From Pseudomonadota bacterium (lineage in GTDB: Bacteria > Bdellovibrionota_B > Oligoflexia > Oligoflexales > CAIYRB01): a stretch of 43,549 bases of DNA. The translations under genes and the position numbers were made by a program. The notes below the pieces were generated by a model. The model was not told the DNA's origin. It was given only the letters and a program-made list of their open reading frames with translations, and made no database searches. Shown here piece after piece: positions 7,971 to 19,760 of the stretch. The number at the start of each line of letters is the position of its first letter. Positions within the stretch are counted from its first letter, which is position 1. The stretch is taken from the NCBI GenBank assembly GCA_031416315.1, contig JANOTL010000199.1:1-43549 (forward strand). The letters run 5' to 3'.

Positions 7971-10900
7971 ATGTCGAAGGTGCGGGTATACGAGCTTGCG
8001 CGTGATCTGAACGTCGAAACGAAGGTGATGCTCGCGCGTCTCCAGAAGATGGGCGCGAAGATCACCAATCATCAAAGCACACTCACCGACGAGCAGGTCG
8101 CAGCCTTGAAGCAGGCATTCGGAAACGTAGCGGGAACGGCAGCGCCGTCGACCGCCGCAGCGGCTGCCGCCGCCGGTGAAGCAGGAAAGCCCCGTGTCGT
8201 CATCCGCCGCCGCGCCGCCGAGGCCGAAGGCGGGGCGACGCAGCCCGCCGTGGCCGCCGACGAGGTCGCCGCCGCCGCGCAAGCGGTTCGAGCCGAGGAA
8301 GCCGCGCGCGTAGAGTCTACGCCGGTCGCTCCGCCTCCGGCCGTCATCGACCAGCCCGAGGTTGTCGAAGCCGTAACGCCGACCGTGGCTCCGGTCGTCG
8401 AGGCTCCTATCGTCGCTGCCCCGGTGCAGCCGCCGGTCGTCGCGCCGATTGAGACGCCGCGCACCACGCCGCCGCCTGCCGCTCGGACCGAGACGACCGC
8501 CGCGCCGCAGCGTCCGGCTCCGACCGCCGCCGCGCCGACGGCGGCTCCGCAGCGTCCGACGACGGCCCCGATTGCCGCCTCCGCGCCGCAACGCCCGGCG
8601 ACGAACGCACCGGCCACAAGCTCCACGCCCCAACGTCCGCAAGGCAACGCTCCGGCGGCCAGCTCGGCGCCGCAACGCGCCGCCGCTCCGGGAGCCGACA
8701 CCGCTGCGCCGATGACGCCGGCGGCCCGCCGCCGCGAAGTCGGAGGCGCGACCATCGTCCGCCGCGCGACGCCGGAAGAAGTCCAGAATCTCGAGAGCGC
8801 GAACCGCCAACGCCACGCCGGTCGCAAAGAAGACCACCGCGGCACGCGCGTCACCGGCTTGGGTCTCCTCTCCAACCGTGTCAGCTCCGAACAAGCCGGT
8901 GGCCCCGGTGGCAACATGCCGCCCCCTTCGGCTCCGGGAGAAGACGACGCCTGGGGCGCTCGCCGCCCCGCCAGCTCCGGCCCGATCTCGGCGCGCGATC
9001 GTCGCGCGGCCGAAGAAGAAGCCGAGCAAAAGCGTAAGGCAGCGGCCGCCAAGAAAAAAGGCGCCGCCGCCGCGCAAGGGCCGCTCACGACCCGCGCGCT
9101 CTTAGAACAAGCCGCCGAGCTCACCGACGACTTCGAGGGCGCCGAGCCTGCGGTCGAGGGTGAGGAAGGCGTCGTCGCCGAGGGCGTGCCCGCGCCCGCC
9201 CCGGTCGCGCCGCGCCAGGCCGCCGCGCCGACCCGTACCGTCTACACTCCGTCGGCGCCGCGCAACCGCCGCGATCTCAAGCGCCGGAAAGACCTGCGCA
9301 AGACCAATATCACACAGCCCCGCGCCAGCTACCGGGTGGTCGAGATGGAAGAGTCGATTTCAGTCGGCGACCTCGCCAAGCAGCTTTCGGTAAAAGCGTC
9401 CGAGGTCATCAAGAAGCTGATGAGCCAGGGCGTGATGGCGACGATCAACCAAGTCATCGATTACGACACGGCCGCGCTCATCGCGACCGAGTTCGGCTTC
9501 GAGATGAAGTCGATCCACACCTCCGACGAAGACATGATGCAGCAGGCCGTAGGCGCCGCCGCCAACGACGCCGAGACCATCGAGCGTCCGGCGATCGTGA
9601 CGGTCATGGGCCACGTCGACCACGGCAAGACCTCCATCCTCGACGCCATCAGAAAGGCCGACGTCGCGGCAGGCGAGGCGGGCGGCATCACCCAGCACAT
9701 CGGCGCCTACACCGTCATGCGCGACGGCCGCCCGATTACCTTCCTCGACACCCCGGGTCACGCCGCCTTCTCGGCGATGCGCGCCCGCGGCGCCAAGGTC
9801 ACCGACATCGTCATCCTCGTGGTGGCCGCCGACGACGGCGTCATGCCGCAGACGATCGAAGCCGTCTCGCACGCGAAAGCCGCGAACGTGCCGATCATCG
9901 TCGCGGTCAACAAAGTCGACAAACAGAACCTCAACTTCGACCGCCTCTACACCGAGCTCACCGAGCACGGCGTCCAGGCCGAGGAGTGGGGCGGCGAGAC
10001 GCAGTTCCTCAAGGTCTCGGCGCTGAAACGCACCGGTATCGAAGAGCTCCTCGACGCCGTCCTTCTCCAAGCCGAAGTCTTGGACCTCCAAGCCCGGGTC
10101 ACCGGTCCGGCTGAAGGCACCGTCATCGAGGCGCATTTGGACAAAGGCCGCGGCCCCGTCGCGACCATGATCGTCCAAGCCGGTACGCTGGAAGTCGGAC
10201 AGTACGTCGTCGCCGGAACCGAGAGCGGTCGCGTCCGCGCGCTGCATGACCACAACGGCAAAGACATCCGGACCGCGGGCCCGTCGATTCCGGTGGAGAT
10301 CATCGGTCTCTCCGGCGTCCCTAGGGCCGGCGACCTCTTCAACGCGGTCACCGACGACAAGGTCGCCCGTGAGCTCGTCGAGCAACGTCAAGAAAAGGCG
10401 AAGGCGGCCAGCGCCGCCAAGTCCAGCGCCTCGACGATGGCCGACCTCTTGGCCCGCGTTAGCTCGCAGGCCATCCCGGAAGTCCCCTTCATCGTCAAGG
10501 GCGACATGCAAGGCTCGGTCGAGGCGATCGTCGAGTCGGTCACCAAGACCTCGACCGAGAAGGTCAAGACGCGCATCATCCACGCGGGCGTCGGTGCGAT
10601 CACCGAGTCCGACATCACGCTCGCCGCGGCCACCGGCGCCGTGCTCATCGGCTTCAACGTCCGCGCCGGCCGCGGCCTGGAAGACACCGCCGAGAAGCAA
10701 GGCGTGCTGATCAAGTACTTCTCGATCATCTACGAGATCGTCGACACCGTGAAATCGCTCATGGTCGGCAAGCTCCCCCCGGTGGTCAAGGAAGTCGTCC
10801 TCGGTCATGCCGAGGTCCGCAAGCCAATCAGCGTGCCGAAGATCGGCATGATCGGCGGCTCCGCGGTCACGGACGGCAAGATCACGCGCGCCTCGCACGT

Positions 10901-11087
10901 GCGTCTCGTCCGCGAGAACGTGGTCATCTACACGGGCAAGATCGGCTCGCTCCGCCGCTTCAAGGACGACGTCAAAGAAGTCGCGATGGGCTACGAGTGC
11001 GGTATCGGCATCGACGGCTACAATGACCTGCGCGAAGGCGACGTGATCGAAGCTTACGTGCTCGAAGAGTCGGCCGCGACTCTCTGA
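7971..11087 (+). CDS. infB: Translation initiation factor IF-2
   Basis: KVRVYELA N-terminus; [46 protein letters not shown]. Confidence 0.99.
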   Translation: MSKVRVYELARDLNVETKVMLARLQKMGAKITNHQSTLTDEQVAALKQAFGNVAGTAAPSTAAAAAAAGEAGKPRVVIRRRAAEAEGGATQPAVAADEVAAAAQAVRAEEAARVESTPVAPPPAVIDQPEVVEAVTPTVAPVVEAPIVAAPVQPPVVAPIETPRTTPPPAARTETTAAPQRPAPTAAAPTAAPQRPTTAPIAASAPQRPATNAPATSSTPQRPQGNAPAASSAPQRAAAPGADTAAPMTPAARRREVGGATIVRRATPEEVQNLESANRQRHAGRKEDHRGTRVTGLGLLSNRVSSEQAGGPGGNMPPPSAPGEDDAWGARRPASSGPISARDRRAAEEEAEQKRKAAAAKKKGAAAAQGPLTTRALLEQAAELTDDFEGAEPAVEGEEGVVAEGVPAPAPVAPRQAAAPTRTVYTPSAPRNRRDLKRRKDLRKTNITQPRASYRVVEMEESISVGDLAKQLSVKASEVIKKLMSQGVMATINQVIDYDTAALIATEFGFEMKSIHTSDEDMMQQAVGAAANDAETIERPAIVTVMGHVDHGKTSILDAIRKADVAAGEAGGITQHIGAYTVMRDGRPITFLDTPGHAAFSAMRARGAKVTDIVILVVAADDGVMPQTIEAVSHAKAANVPIIVAVNKVDKQNLNFDRLYTELTEHGVQAEEWGGETQFLKVSALKRTGIEELLDAVLLQAEVLDLQARVTGPAEGTVIEAHLDKGRGPVATMIVQAGTLEVGQYVVAGTESGRVRALHDHNGKDIRTAGPSIPVEIIGLSGVPRAGDLFNAVTDDKVARELVEQRQEKAKAASAAKSSASTMADLLARVSSQAIPEVPFIVKGDMQGSVEAIVESVTKTSTEKVKTRIIHAGVGAITESDITLAAATGAVLIGFNVRAGRGLEDTAEKQGVLIKYFSIIYEIVDTVKSLMVGKLPPVVKEVVLGHAEVRKPISVPKIGMIGGSAVTDGKITRASHVRLVRENVVIYTGKIGSLRRFKDDVKEVAMGYECGIGIDGYNDLREGDVIEAYVLEESAATL

Positions 11088-11126
11088 GACACGACACAAC
11101 TTGCTGAGCTTTGAGAGAATTCATCC

Positions 11127-11471
11127 ATGGGTCTGAGAAAAGATCGACTGGCGGACGAGATCCGCGACATCCTGGCGGTCGCCTTCACGGGCGGCATGCT
11201 CCGGGATCCGCGGCTCGACGGCATCACCATCACGGCGGTGAAGCTCACCCCCGATCTGCAGCTGGCGAGCGTCTATTTCCGTCTTTACGGGCCGAATCCC
11301 GAGGCCGTCGCCGGCGCCAAGATCGGCCTGGCGAGCGCCGCCATCTTCCTGCGCCGGCGCCTCGCCGAGTCGCTCGACATCCGCCGCGTCCCCAACCTCC
11401 GCTTCTTCTTCGACGAGAGTCTCGACCGCGGTTCCCGCATCGAGCATCTCCTCAACCAAATTCACGACTGA
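11127..11471 (+). CDS. rbfA: Ribosome-binding factor A
   Basis: RDPRL..ITITAVKLTPDL, RRVPNLRFFFDES; follows infB. Confidence 0.95.
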   Translation: MGLRKDRLADEIRDILAVAFTGGMLRDPRLDGITITAVKLTPDLQLASVYFRLYGPNPEAVAGAKIGLASAAIFLRRRLAESLDIRRVPNLRFFFDESLDRGSRIEHLLNQIHD

Positions 11472-11483
11472 TAGGAAACATGA

Positions 11484-12416
11484 GTGCACGGGCTTTTGGT
11501 CGTGAACAAGCCGGCCGGGATGATCTCCAAAGACGTCTCGCGCTGGCTGGTGAAGAGAATCGGGAAAGTGAAGCTCGGCCACGTCGGCACCTTGGATCCC
11601 GGAGCCTCCGGCGTCTTGCCTTTGCTGTTGGGCCGTGCCACGCGCCTGCAGGACTACCTGCTCGAGCTGCCGAAATCCTACGAGTTCGACGTCGAGTTCG
11701 GCCGCGAGACCGACACGCTGGACAATGACGGCCAGAACGTCAAGGAGCTCCCCTGGGAGCACGTGACGGAAGACTCGCTGCGCGAGTCGATCAAGGCTTT
11801 CGTCGGCGAGCTGGAGCAGACGCCGCCGCTCTACTCCGCGGTGAAGTACAAGGGTCGTCCTCTTTACGACTACGCGCGTGCGCAGGAAGGCGACGACCTG
11901 CCGCTCGAGGCGATGAAGCGCATCGTCACCGTCTCACGCTTCGATTTCCTCACTTTCGGCGGCAAAACGGCGAGCTTTCGCGTCACGTGCTCGAAGGGCA
12001 CCTACGTCCGCACGCTCGTCAAAGACCTTGCAGAGAAAGTCGGCACTTGTGGTACGCTCACCCGACTCGTGAGGACCCGTGCCGCAGGTTGTGAACTGCA
12101 AGCTGCGCATGACCTCGAGGCCCTCGAGGCGAAGCTGAACTCTCTCGATGATCTCGTGGTTCCGGTCGAGCGTATCGATCTCGGCATGCCGCGCTGGTGC
12201 GCGGTGCAGAAGCCTGCGGCCGACAAGTTGCGCTCCGGCCAGACGATCCAGCTCGAGTTCGCTGAGTTCAGCGAAGGGGCCGATGAAGGTCTGACACCCG
12301 TCGGCTGGTCCAAGCCGGTGGTGCTTTTGGATGAAACGAAGAAGGCATATGGCATCGGAACCGTCCGTCGACTCGAATCGGGACGCGTACTCGTCACTAT
12401 GAAAAGGGGACTCTGA
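11484..12416 (+). CDS. truB: tRNA pseudouridine(55) synthase TruB
   Basis: [44 protein letters not shown]. Confidence 0.97.
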   Translation: MHGLLVVNKPAGMISKDVSRWLVKRIGKVKLGHVGTLDPGASGVLPLLLGRATRLQDYLLELPKSYEFDVEFGRETDTLDNDGQNVKELPWEHVTEDSLRESIKAFVGELEQTPPLYSAVKYKGRPLYDYARAQEGDDLPLEAMKRIVTVSRFDFLTFGGKTASFRVTCSKGTYVRTLVKDLAEKVGTCGTLTRLVRTRAAGCELQAAHDLEALEAKLNSLDDLVVPVERIDLGMPRWCAVQKPAADKLRSGQTIQLEFAEFSEGADEGLTPVGWSKPVVLLDETKKAYGIGTVRRLESGRVLVTMKRGL

Positions 12417-12418
12417 TC

Positions 12419-13567
<1,149 letters not shown>

Positions 13568-13589
13568 GCCTGAGAATCGCGGATGTTCG

Positions 13590-13619
13590 AAGGGCGGACC
13601 GCGGGGTCCGCCCTTTTTT
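13590..13619 (+). terminator. Rho-independent terminator after metK
   Basis: AAGGGCGGACC-GCGG-GGTCCGCCCTT followed by a T run. Confidence 0.9.
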
Positions 13620-13643
13620 GTTCGACGCTTCCGGGATCTTCCC

Positions 13644-13649
13644 TATAAT
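13644..13649 (+). promoter_or_regulatory. -10 box TATAAT of a probable leaderless promoter
   Basis: Perfect TATAAT 6 nt before ATG 13656; no Shine-Dalgarno between them. Confidence 0.65.
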
Positions 13650-13655
13650 CGCGGG

Positions 13656-14204
13656 ATGACCCAAGCGAAGACCAAGCGCATCGTCCTGATCAACCGCGAC
13701 TTTCAACTCCGGTATGCGCGCAGCGCGGTCATCGTCGGCTTGATCTCGACGGTTCTGACCGTCACCCTCCTGCTCTACCCGCTCTTTCACTTCGGCATCA
13801 TCCGCTTCCCCAATTTTCTGCCTTATCCTTTTCTCGTCGGCATGTTGCTTGCCGCCGCCCTCAATTTCGCCCTGGTCGCCTACTTCGGAATCTTGATGAC
13901 CCACCGGATTGCTGGTCCGATGTTCAGTCTTGTCCGGCAGTTTAGGGCAGTGACCAACGGCGACCTGAGGGCGCAGTTCAAGATCCGCGACGACGACGAG
14001 ATGAAGTTCGTCGTCCGCAACTTCAACGAGATGATGGAGAGCCTGAGCGCCATGGCCGGTCGGGATCTCGAGAAAGTCGACAAGCTCCTGGCCGGGCTCG
14101 ACTCCGACCGCGAGGGCGCGCGTCAGGCGGCTCTGGCCTTACGCAGCGAGCTCAAGTCGCGCCTCGAAGGCAGTGCTGGAACCGGCGCCGCGGAGGCCTC
14201 ATGA
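13656..14204 (+). CDS. Two-TM membrane protein with HAMP domain
   Basis: KRIVLINRDFQLRY, two hydrophobic segments, THRIAGPM..GDL..KIRDDDE..NFNEM HAMP pattern; stop overlaps the ruvA start (ATGA). Confidence 0.8.
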   Translation: MTQAKTKRIVLINRDFQLRYARSAVIVGLISTVLTVTLLLYPLFHFGIIRFPNFLPYPFLVGMLLAAALNFALVAYFGILMTHRIAGPMFSLVRQFRAVTNGDLRAQFKIRDDDEMKFVVRNFNEMMESLSAMAGRDLEKVDKLLAGLDSDREGARQAALALRSELKSRLEGSAGTGAAEAS

Positions 14205-14875
14205 TCGAGCGCTTGAAGGGCGTCTGCGTCGCGAAGTCGGCGACGACCGCGATCATCGACGTGCAAGGCATCGGCTACGGCGTCGAGATGACGGAAACCG
14301 GTCTCATGCGCCTCGTGATCGAGGGCGATCCAGTCGTGATCTACACGCACACGCACGTGCGCGAGGATCAGCTCAAGCTTTTCGGCTTCACGCGGGTCGA
14401 AGAGCGCCAAATGTTCAGTCTTTTCCTCGGGATAGACGGGGTCGGGCCGAAGTTGGCCCTAGCGATCCTCGGTCATTTGGACCTCGCTTCGATCGTCGGC
14501 GCTTCGGATCGCGACGACCCCTCGAGCTTCGAGGACGTGCCTGGGATCGGCGCGCGGCTCTCGAAGAAGATCTTGCTCGAGCTGAAGCCGAAGCTGGAAA
14601 AATTGCAGTCGGCCGGTCTCATCGCCGCCGCCCGCGCGCAGCAGGCGGACCTCCAACTGATCCCGCAACGTGCCGGAGCCGTCGGTCTGGACAAGGTGAT
14701 GGTCAACGATCTCCGCTCCGCGCTCGAGAATTTCGGTTACAAGGAGAAGGAGCTCATGGCTCTCCTCAAGCGCTATGAGCGGAAGCCGCCGGCGCGGGAC
14801 ATGGCCTCGCTCGTGCGTCTCGCTCTGAAAGAGCTCACCAGCGGCAAGCCGCCGCCGCTCGAAGAGGTCTTTTGA
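14201..14875 (+). CDS. ruvA: Holliday junction branch migration protein RuvA
   Basis: MIERLKG, DVQGIGY, HVREDQLKLFGF, GVGPKLAL, VPGIG, SALENFGY. Confidence 0.96.
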   Translation: MIERLKGVCVAKSATTAIIDVQGIGYGVEMTETGLMRLVIEGDPVVIYTHTHVREDQLKLFGFTRVEERQMFSLFLGIDGVGPKLALAILGHLDLASIVGASDRDDPSSFEDVPGIGARLSKKILLELKPKLEKLQSAGLIAAARAQQADLQLIPQRAGAVGLDKVMVNDLRSALENFGYKEKELMALLKRYERKPPARDMASLVRLALKELTSGKPPPLEEVF

Positions 14876-15892
14876 ATGTCGATCGTGATCGACCGCTTCG
14901 TGGCTCCGGAGCCTCAACTGGAAGACTTCCAGATGGAGGTCGGCAAGCCGGAGCTGCGCCCGGACCGCTTCGAGACCTACCTCGGTCAAAAGAACGTCAA
15001 AGAGAACCTGAAGGTCTACGTCGAGGCCGCGAAGACGCGCGGTCAGCCGCTAGATCACGTGATTCTGCACGGACCGCCGGGCCTGGGAAAGACCACGCTG
15101 GCGCGAATTCTCGCGGCCGAGCTCGGCACGCAGCTCTTCGAGACGCGGGGGCCGGCGATCGACCGTCCCGGCGACCTGGCCGGCATCTTGACCGGCCTCA
15201 CGCCGGGCGCCGTTCTCTTTGTCGACGAGATCCACCGCCTCTCGATCAAGGTCGAGGAGGTGCTGTACTCGGCGATGGAAGATTTCCACATCGACTTCAT
15301 CATCGGCCAGGGCGCCGGCGCGCGCGCCAGTCGCCTGCCGGTCGTGCCGTTCACGCTCGTGGGAGCGACGACGCGCCTCGCGCTTCTCTCCAAGCCTTTG
15401 CTCGACCGCTTCGGAATTCAGGAGCGCCTCGATTTCTACGACGACGCGGCGCTCTGCGGAATCTTGCGCCGCAGCGCCAAAATCCTCGGGATCGCCGTCA
15501 ATGCCGACGGCTGCGCGGAGATCGCGGCCCGCTCGCGCGGCACACCCAGGATCGCGAACCGCTTGCTGAAGCGGGTGTGGGACTTCACGCTGGGCTTCGG
15601 CGAGAAGGAGATCGACCGCGACATCGCCGATACCGTGCTGCAAAAGCAGGGGATCGACCGTGCCGGGCTTGACCGCGTCGACCGCCAGATGCTCTCGATC
15701 GTCGCCGAGCAGTACGCGGGCGGACCGGTCGGCATCGAGGCGCTGGCTGCGACCTTGAACGAGGATCGTGCTACCCTCGAAGAAGTTTACGAGCCGTATC
15801 TGGTCCACAAGGGACTTCTCGCGCGGGGGCCGCGCGGGCGCGTGTTGACCGCGAAGGGACGGGCTCATTTGGGAGAAACGGCGGGCTTGTGA
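14876..15892 (+). CDS. ruvB: Holliday junction branch migration helicase RuvB
   Basis: LRP..YLGQ, GPPGLGKTTLA, FVDEIHRL, FTLVGATTR, RSRGTPRIANRLL, EEVYEPYL. Confidence 0.98.
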   Translation: MSIVIDRFVAPEPQLEDFQMEVGKPELRPDRFETYLGQKNVKENLKVYVEAAKTRGQPLDHVILHGPPGLGKTTLARILAAELGTQLFETRGPAIDRPGDLAGILTGLTPGAVLFVDEIHRLSIKVEEVLYSAMEDFHIDFIIGQGAGARASRLPVVPFTLVGATTRLALLSKPLLDRFGIQERLDFYDDAALCGILRRSAKILGIAVNADGCAEIAARSRGTPRIANRLLKRVWDFTLGFGEKEIDRDIADTVLQKQGIDRAGLDRVDRQMLSIVAEQYAGGPVGIEALAATLNEDRATLEEVYEPYLVHKGLLARGPRGRVLTAKGRAHLGETAGL

Positions 15893-17535
15893 CCGAGACT
15901 CCGACCCCGACCCCGATCAAGCGCTCGATCAAGTCGTCGGTCAACGTGCACGATCGGACGCAGATCGAGACGGTCTTCGATTACTTCCTGCATCGCGGCC
16001 CACCGCGCGGGGTAGGCAAAGACGAGATCGAGTATCGCGTCGAGTGCTTCCTCTTTTACCCGCGGCAGTTCGGGCTCGACGCCACGACCTATCCAAAAGA
16101 GCGATTTTACAACGATATTCGCCCCATGCTGCGGTTTCGAGAGCCGCGGCTCGGGACGAAGCAAATGCTGGGAATGAAGACGGCGGTGGAGTCGCCGCTG
16201 CTTTATCTCGGAAGCTACATAGCTGAGCTCGCGGTCGGGAAGATGAACGACCCGTTGCCGCGCGCGATCGACGAGGTGCGCGTTTTTGCGTGCTCCTTCG
16301 TCAGCAACTATCTGAAGAACATCGACCGCAAGCGCAAGCGCTTCATGGAGCTGCGCTCGTTCAACGGTCCGGAGCGCGACGCGGCGATGAGCGACGCCTT
16401 GCGGAAAGCGGCGCGAGTGGTCGAGAAGGCGCATACGACGGTGCTCGAGTATCGGAAACTGATCGACGCGGCGATGCGCCTGCCCGAAGGGTTCGCCGAG
16501 GATCTGAAGCACGAGCTGAAGCTGGTCGACGAGTACTGCTACTACCGGATGCGCGACGGAATCGCGTACTTGCTGCTGATGACGGAGGACTGCCGCTTTT
16601 CGGCGGCGACGTCGGATGCGCAAGCATTCATGGAACAGATCACGGGGCTCATCAAGCTCCACGACGATCATGCGCGCGTCGCGGGTTTCATTGTCATCGA
16701 GACGTCGAGCTCTGCTAGCGTCAAGGAGCGCTTCATCCGGCGGCGCGGCGAGCTCAAGCGGCGGATCTGGAGCGTCCTGTTTCTCGACATCCGCACGCAG
16801 CCGCTATTCTCCGTGCAACGGCAGATGGGGGCGATGATCGCCGCCGGCTTCGCCGCGATCTGGGCCGTGCTCGCGCAGGTGATCCTGATCCGCCGCATCA
16901 TGTTCAGCGACGCGCAGAACGACCTCATCGGCCTTTCGGGGCTGACCTTCCTTTCCGCGGGCGTCTTCGCCTACGTGATCAAGGACCGGATCAAGGAGAT
17001 CGGTCGGAGCTACTTTCGCTCGGGGCTTTTTCGCGAAGTTCCCGACCAGAGCGAGCGCCTGAACTATCGGTCGAAGACGGGCGAGACGATCCCGATCGGG
17101 GCGATTAAAGAAGTCGCCGTCTTCAAGGCCCTCGACAAGCTGCCGAGCTACATCTCGACCCTGCGCGCCCAGCTCGGGGCGAAGACGATCTCCGACGCCG
17201 AGAGCGTCGACGCGGTCCTCTGCTACACCAAGACGATCACCTTGCACCGGCGGATTAAGATCCTTGGACGCTATCCGCTGCGCGCTGTGCACGACATCCT
17301 GCGGCTGAACATCGACGCGTGTCTGCCGCGGCTGGGCGAGCCGACCCGCCGCCTCCATATCGTCGACGCGCAAGGTGACGTGAGCGCCGTCGAGTTCCCG
17401 AAGGTTTATTACCTGGACATGGCGCTGAGCTACTCACAGATCGAGCCGAGCGAAGACGCCGCCGGCCGCACGGTCGAGTATTTTCGTCTCGTGATCGACA
17501 AGAACGGGTTGCAGCGCATCGAGCGGCTGTCTTAA
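15889..17535 (+). CDS. Hypothetical membrane protein (two TM helices, large soluble domains)
   Basis: 548 aa; GTGA overlap with ruvB; TM pair AMIAAGFAAIWAVLA and LTFLSAGVFAYVIKDRIKE. Confidence 0.75.
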   Translation: MTETPTPTPIKRSIKSSVNVHDRTQIETVFDYFLHRGPPRGVGKDEIEYRVECFLFYPRQFGLDATTYPKERFYNDIRPMLRFREPRLGTKQMLGMKTAVESPLLYLGSYIAELAVGKMNDPLPRAIDEVRVFACSFVSNYLKNIDRKRKRFMELRSFNGPERDAAMSDALRKAARVVEKAHTTVLEYRKLIDAAMRLPEGFAEDLKHELKLVDEYCYYRMRDGIAYLLLMTEDCRFSAATSDAQAFMEQITGLIKLHDDHARVAGFIVIETSSSASVKERFIRRRGELKRRIWSVLFLDIRTQPLFSVQRQMGAMIAAGFAAIWAVLAQVILIRRIMFSDAQNDLIGLSGLTFLSAGVFAYVIKDRIKEIGRSYFRSGLFREVPDQSERLNYRSKTGETIPIGAIKEVAVFKALDKLPSYISTLRAQLGAKTISDAESVDAVLCYTKTITLHRRIKILGRYPLRAVHDILRLNIDACLPRLGEPTRRLHIVDAQGDVSAVEFPKVYYLDMALSYSQIEPSEDAAGRTVEYFRLVIDKNGLQRIERLS

Positions 17536-17566
17536 GCTGCGGTAAATTCCTGCGGGGAGGGCGGCA

Positions 17567-18673
17567 GTGAGAGAATGGACGGTGGCTGCTGCATTGTGCG
17601 TCGCGACCGGGGCGCAGGCCGAGGACGCGCAAGTCAAGACTCTCGCGGACTCCCTGACGTTGCATGCCCAACTCCGCGCTGAGCTGCTTTACGAGGACCA
17701 CGGCCTCGAGACGCGCGAAGGCGAGTCGAAACAGCCGACGACGCGGATGGAAGTGCAGCACGCGGCGCTCAAGCTCGACGGCAAGCTCAACGAGTCGACC
17801 GACTTCGCGATGCGCGCCAATTTCCTGCGGCCCATCGATCCCTTGGACTACGGCTTCGGCACGCACTGGTTCAACAAGATGATCGGCTGGTCCTTCGGCA
17901 AAATGAAGGTCATCCAAGGCGGATGGGACAATCAGTCGCTCGATTCGGCGCACGACGTTCACGTCGCAGGCACCTATTACGGCAATGTGATCTTTAACGA
18001 GTACGAGACGATGACGGCGCTGCACGTTCGCGCCGCCGGAATGCTGACGGTTCAGGTCCTGAACGACAAGGTGATGGGTCGTGACGCGCTCGCCAGCTGG
18101 AACAACTCGCAGCATCCGACGTGGATCGTCAGTTACAAGACCGAATTCGGGCCCATTAGCCCGATGGTGTCGCTCGGATCTTACGATGACAACAAGTCGC
18201 GGTGGGTAGACGCCGGCATCAGCACGACGATGAACGGCCTCTATGCGACGCTCGACATCTTCAATCGCAATCACGTCGTGCGTTACCGCGACGCGAACAA
18301 CGACAACGTCGGCAAGGCCAACGTCGCGACCTCGATCACGGTGTACGCCTCGTACGAGATCAAAGGGGCCGGGAAGCCGTGGTTCTTTTTCTCGACCTAC
18401 GACGACAAGCAGGCGGAAGACAAAGACCTGAATCTGGAAGATCGCCAGTACAACACGACGAAGGGCCCTGCGGGCGATTTCACTTACGACACCTGGGACG
18501 ACAATGGTCAGGTGGTTGGCGGCGGCTTCGATCTGCTCGCGCTCGGGGAGCGTTGGGTCCCTTACCTTGCGATGATCTCGCGCTCGGGCAAGTTCGAAGA
18601 TCCGAAAAGAGCGGGCGAGCCCGAATCGAAATCTGAGACGAATGTGCGGTTTGGCGCTTACGCGAGCTTTTGA
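17567..18673 (+). CDS. Outer-membrane beta-barrel/porin-like protein
   Basis: Signal peptide (AAALCVATGAQA), alternating aromatic strands, C-terminal Phe (RFGAYASF); GGAGG upstream. Confidence 0.7.
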   Translation: MREWTVAAALCVATGAQAEDAQVKTLADSLTLHAQLRAELLYEDHGLETREGESKQPTTRMEVQHAALKLDGKLNESTDFAMRANFLRPIDPLDYGFGTHWFNKMIGWSFGKMKVIQGGWDNQSLDSAHDVHVAGTYYGNVIFNEYETMTALHVRAAGMLTVQVLNDKVMGRDALASWNNSQHPTWIVSYKTEFGPISPMVSLGSYDDNKSRWVDAGISTTMNGLYATLDIFNRNHVVRYRDANNDNVGKANVATSITVYASYEIKGAGKPWFFFSTYDDKQAEDKDLNLEDRQYNTTKGPAGDFTYDTWDDNGQVVGGGFDLLALGERWVPYLAMISRSGKFEDPKRAGEPESKSETNVRFGAYASF

Positions 18674-19760
18674 GCTCGGCGTCGTCTTGGCCGCGGTGGC
18701 GTCACTCGCCGCCGCGCCCGAGCCCGTTACGCTTTGGCACACCCAGGATCGCACGCAGGCCAAGATCCTCGCGGGCCTCGTGAAGGACTTCTCGATCGAG
18801 AGTGGGGTCCAGGTGACGCTCGAGACCGGGCTCGATCTCATGGAAGCCCTGGTCGTCCAAGCCGAAATCGGGAAACCGCCGGACGCCGTCCTGGCGCCGT
18901 CCGATATCACGAGCCTAGCCGCTCGCATCGAGCTCCACGAGATTCCGGCGGCGATGAACGGGGGCGTCACGCCCGAGATGCTTTCGACCGTCAGCCTCGA
19001 TGGCCGGGTTTATGGCGTGCCGGTGTTCGACGGCAACCACCTGGTCCTTTACTACAACCGCAAGCTCGTGAAGGCGGCGGCGACGACTTGGGAAGAGCTC
19101 GAGACGGTGAAGCCGATTGCGATGCACTTCGATGCGCCCTATAGCGTCGTCCCCTTTTTTGGCGGAAGCATCAGCTTCATGGATCGTTGCGCGGAGGCGA
19201 TTCAGGCTTACAAGAACCTTGCCGAGCGAGGCGTGATCAAAAGAGACTGTGACTACACCTGCGCCAGCGACGACTTCTATGCTGGGAAGTTCGCGTATGC
19301 GATCAACGGCGATTGGGCCTTCGGGGATGCCTCGCGAGCCTTAGGCGCGGACCTCGGCGTGGCTCCACTCCCGTCACTGAACGGACGAAAGATGGTCTCA
19401 CCGCGAGCGACGCATGCGCTGTTCTTTCCGGCGCGCTCGCTGGAGGGTCCGCGGGGAGAGAGTCTTCGCTTGCTGGCAGCGTACTTCGCGCGGCCCGAGG
19501 TGCAACTCCGCTGGTTCACGGCCGCAGGGCGGATGCCGGCCGCAAAAGTGGCGCGCGATCAGGCGCTAAAGCGTGCGAGCGGCCCTCTGGCGGAGCTGTT
19601 GCGCGCGCTCGACGACGCCGCGTCGATTCCGAACGACGCGAAGCTTCCACACAGGTGGGTCGCGTTGCGGCGAGGGATTCACTTCACGACTCTGGGTCTA
19701 CGCGGACCGGCAGAGGCTTGCGCGATGATGCAGGCGCTTTTGGATGGGTCGGGCCCATGA
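18642..19760 (+). CDS. Extracellular solute-binding protein, MalE/family-1 type (start uncertain)
   Basis: VTLWH, PPDAV, DGRVYGVP, LVLYYNRKLV..TTWEEL, FYAGKFAYAINGDW, LGVAPLP. Confidence 0.85.
   Translation: MCGLALTRAFELGVVLAAVASLAAAPEPVTLWHTQDRTQAKILAGLVKDFSIESGVQVTLETGLDLMEALVVQAEIGKPPDAVLAPSDITSLAARIELHEIPAAMNGGVTPEMLSTVSLDGRVYGVPVFDGNHLVLYYNRKLVKAAATTWEELETVKPIAMHFDAPYSVVPFFGGSISFMDRCAEAIQAYKNLAERGVIKRDCDYTCASDDFYAGKFAYAINGDWAFGDASRALGADLGVAPLPSLNGRKMVSPRATHALFFPARSLEGPRGESLRLLAAYFARPEVQLRWFTAAGRMPAAKVARDQALKRASGPLAELLRALDDAASIPNDAKLPHRWVALRRGIHFTTLGLRGPAEACAMMQALLDGSGP

Noticed and set aside
6354..11099. Long antisense ORFs (907 aa, 579 aa) and many similar ones across the window
   Set aside because: Shadow frames of GC-rich genes such as nusA and infB; no recognisable motifs
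19313..19756. N-terminal extension of the histidine kinase ORF
   Set aside because: Overlaps the binding-protein gene; ATGA coupling indicates a start at 19757
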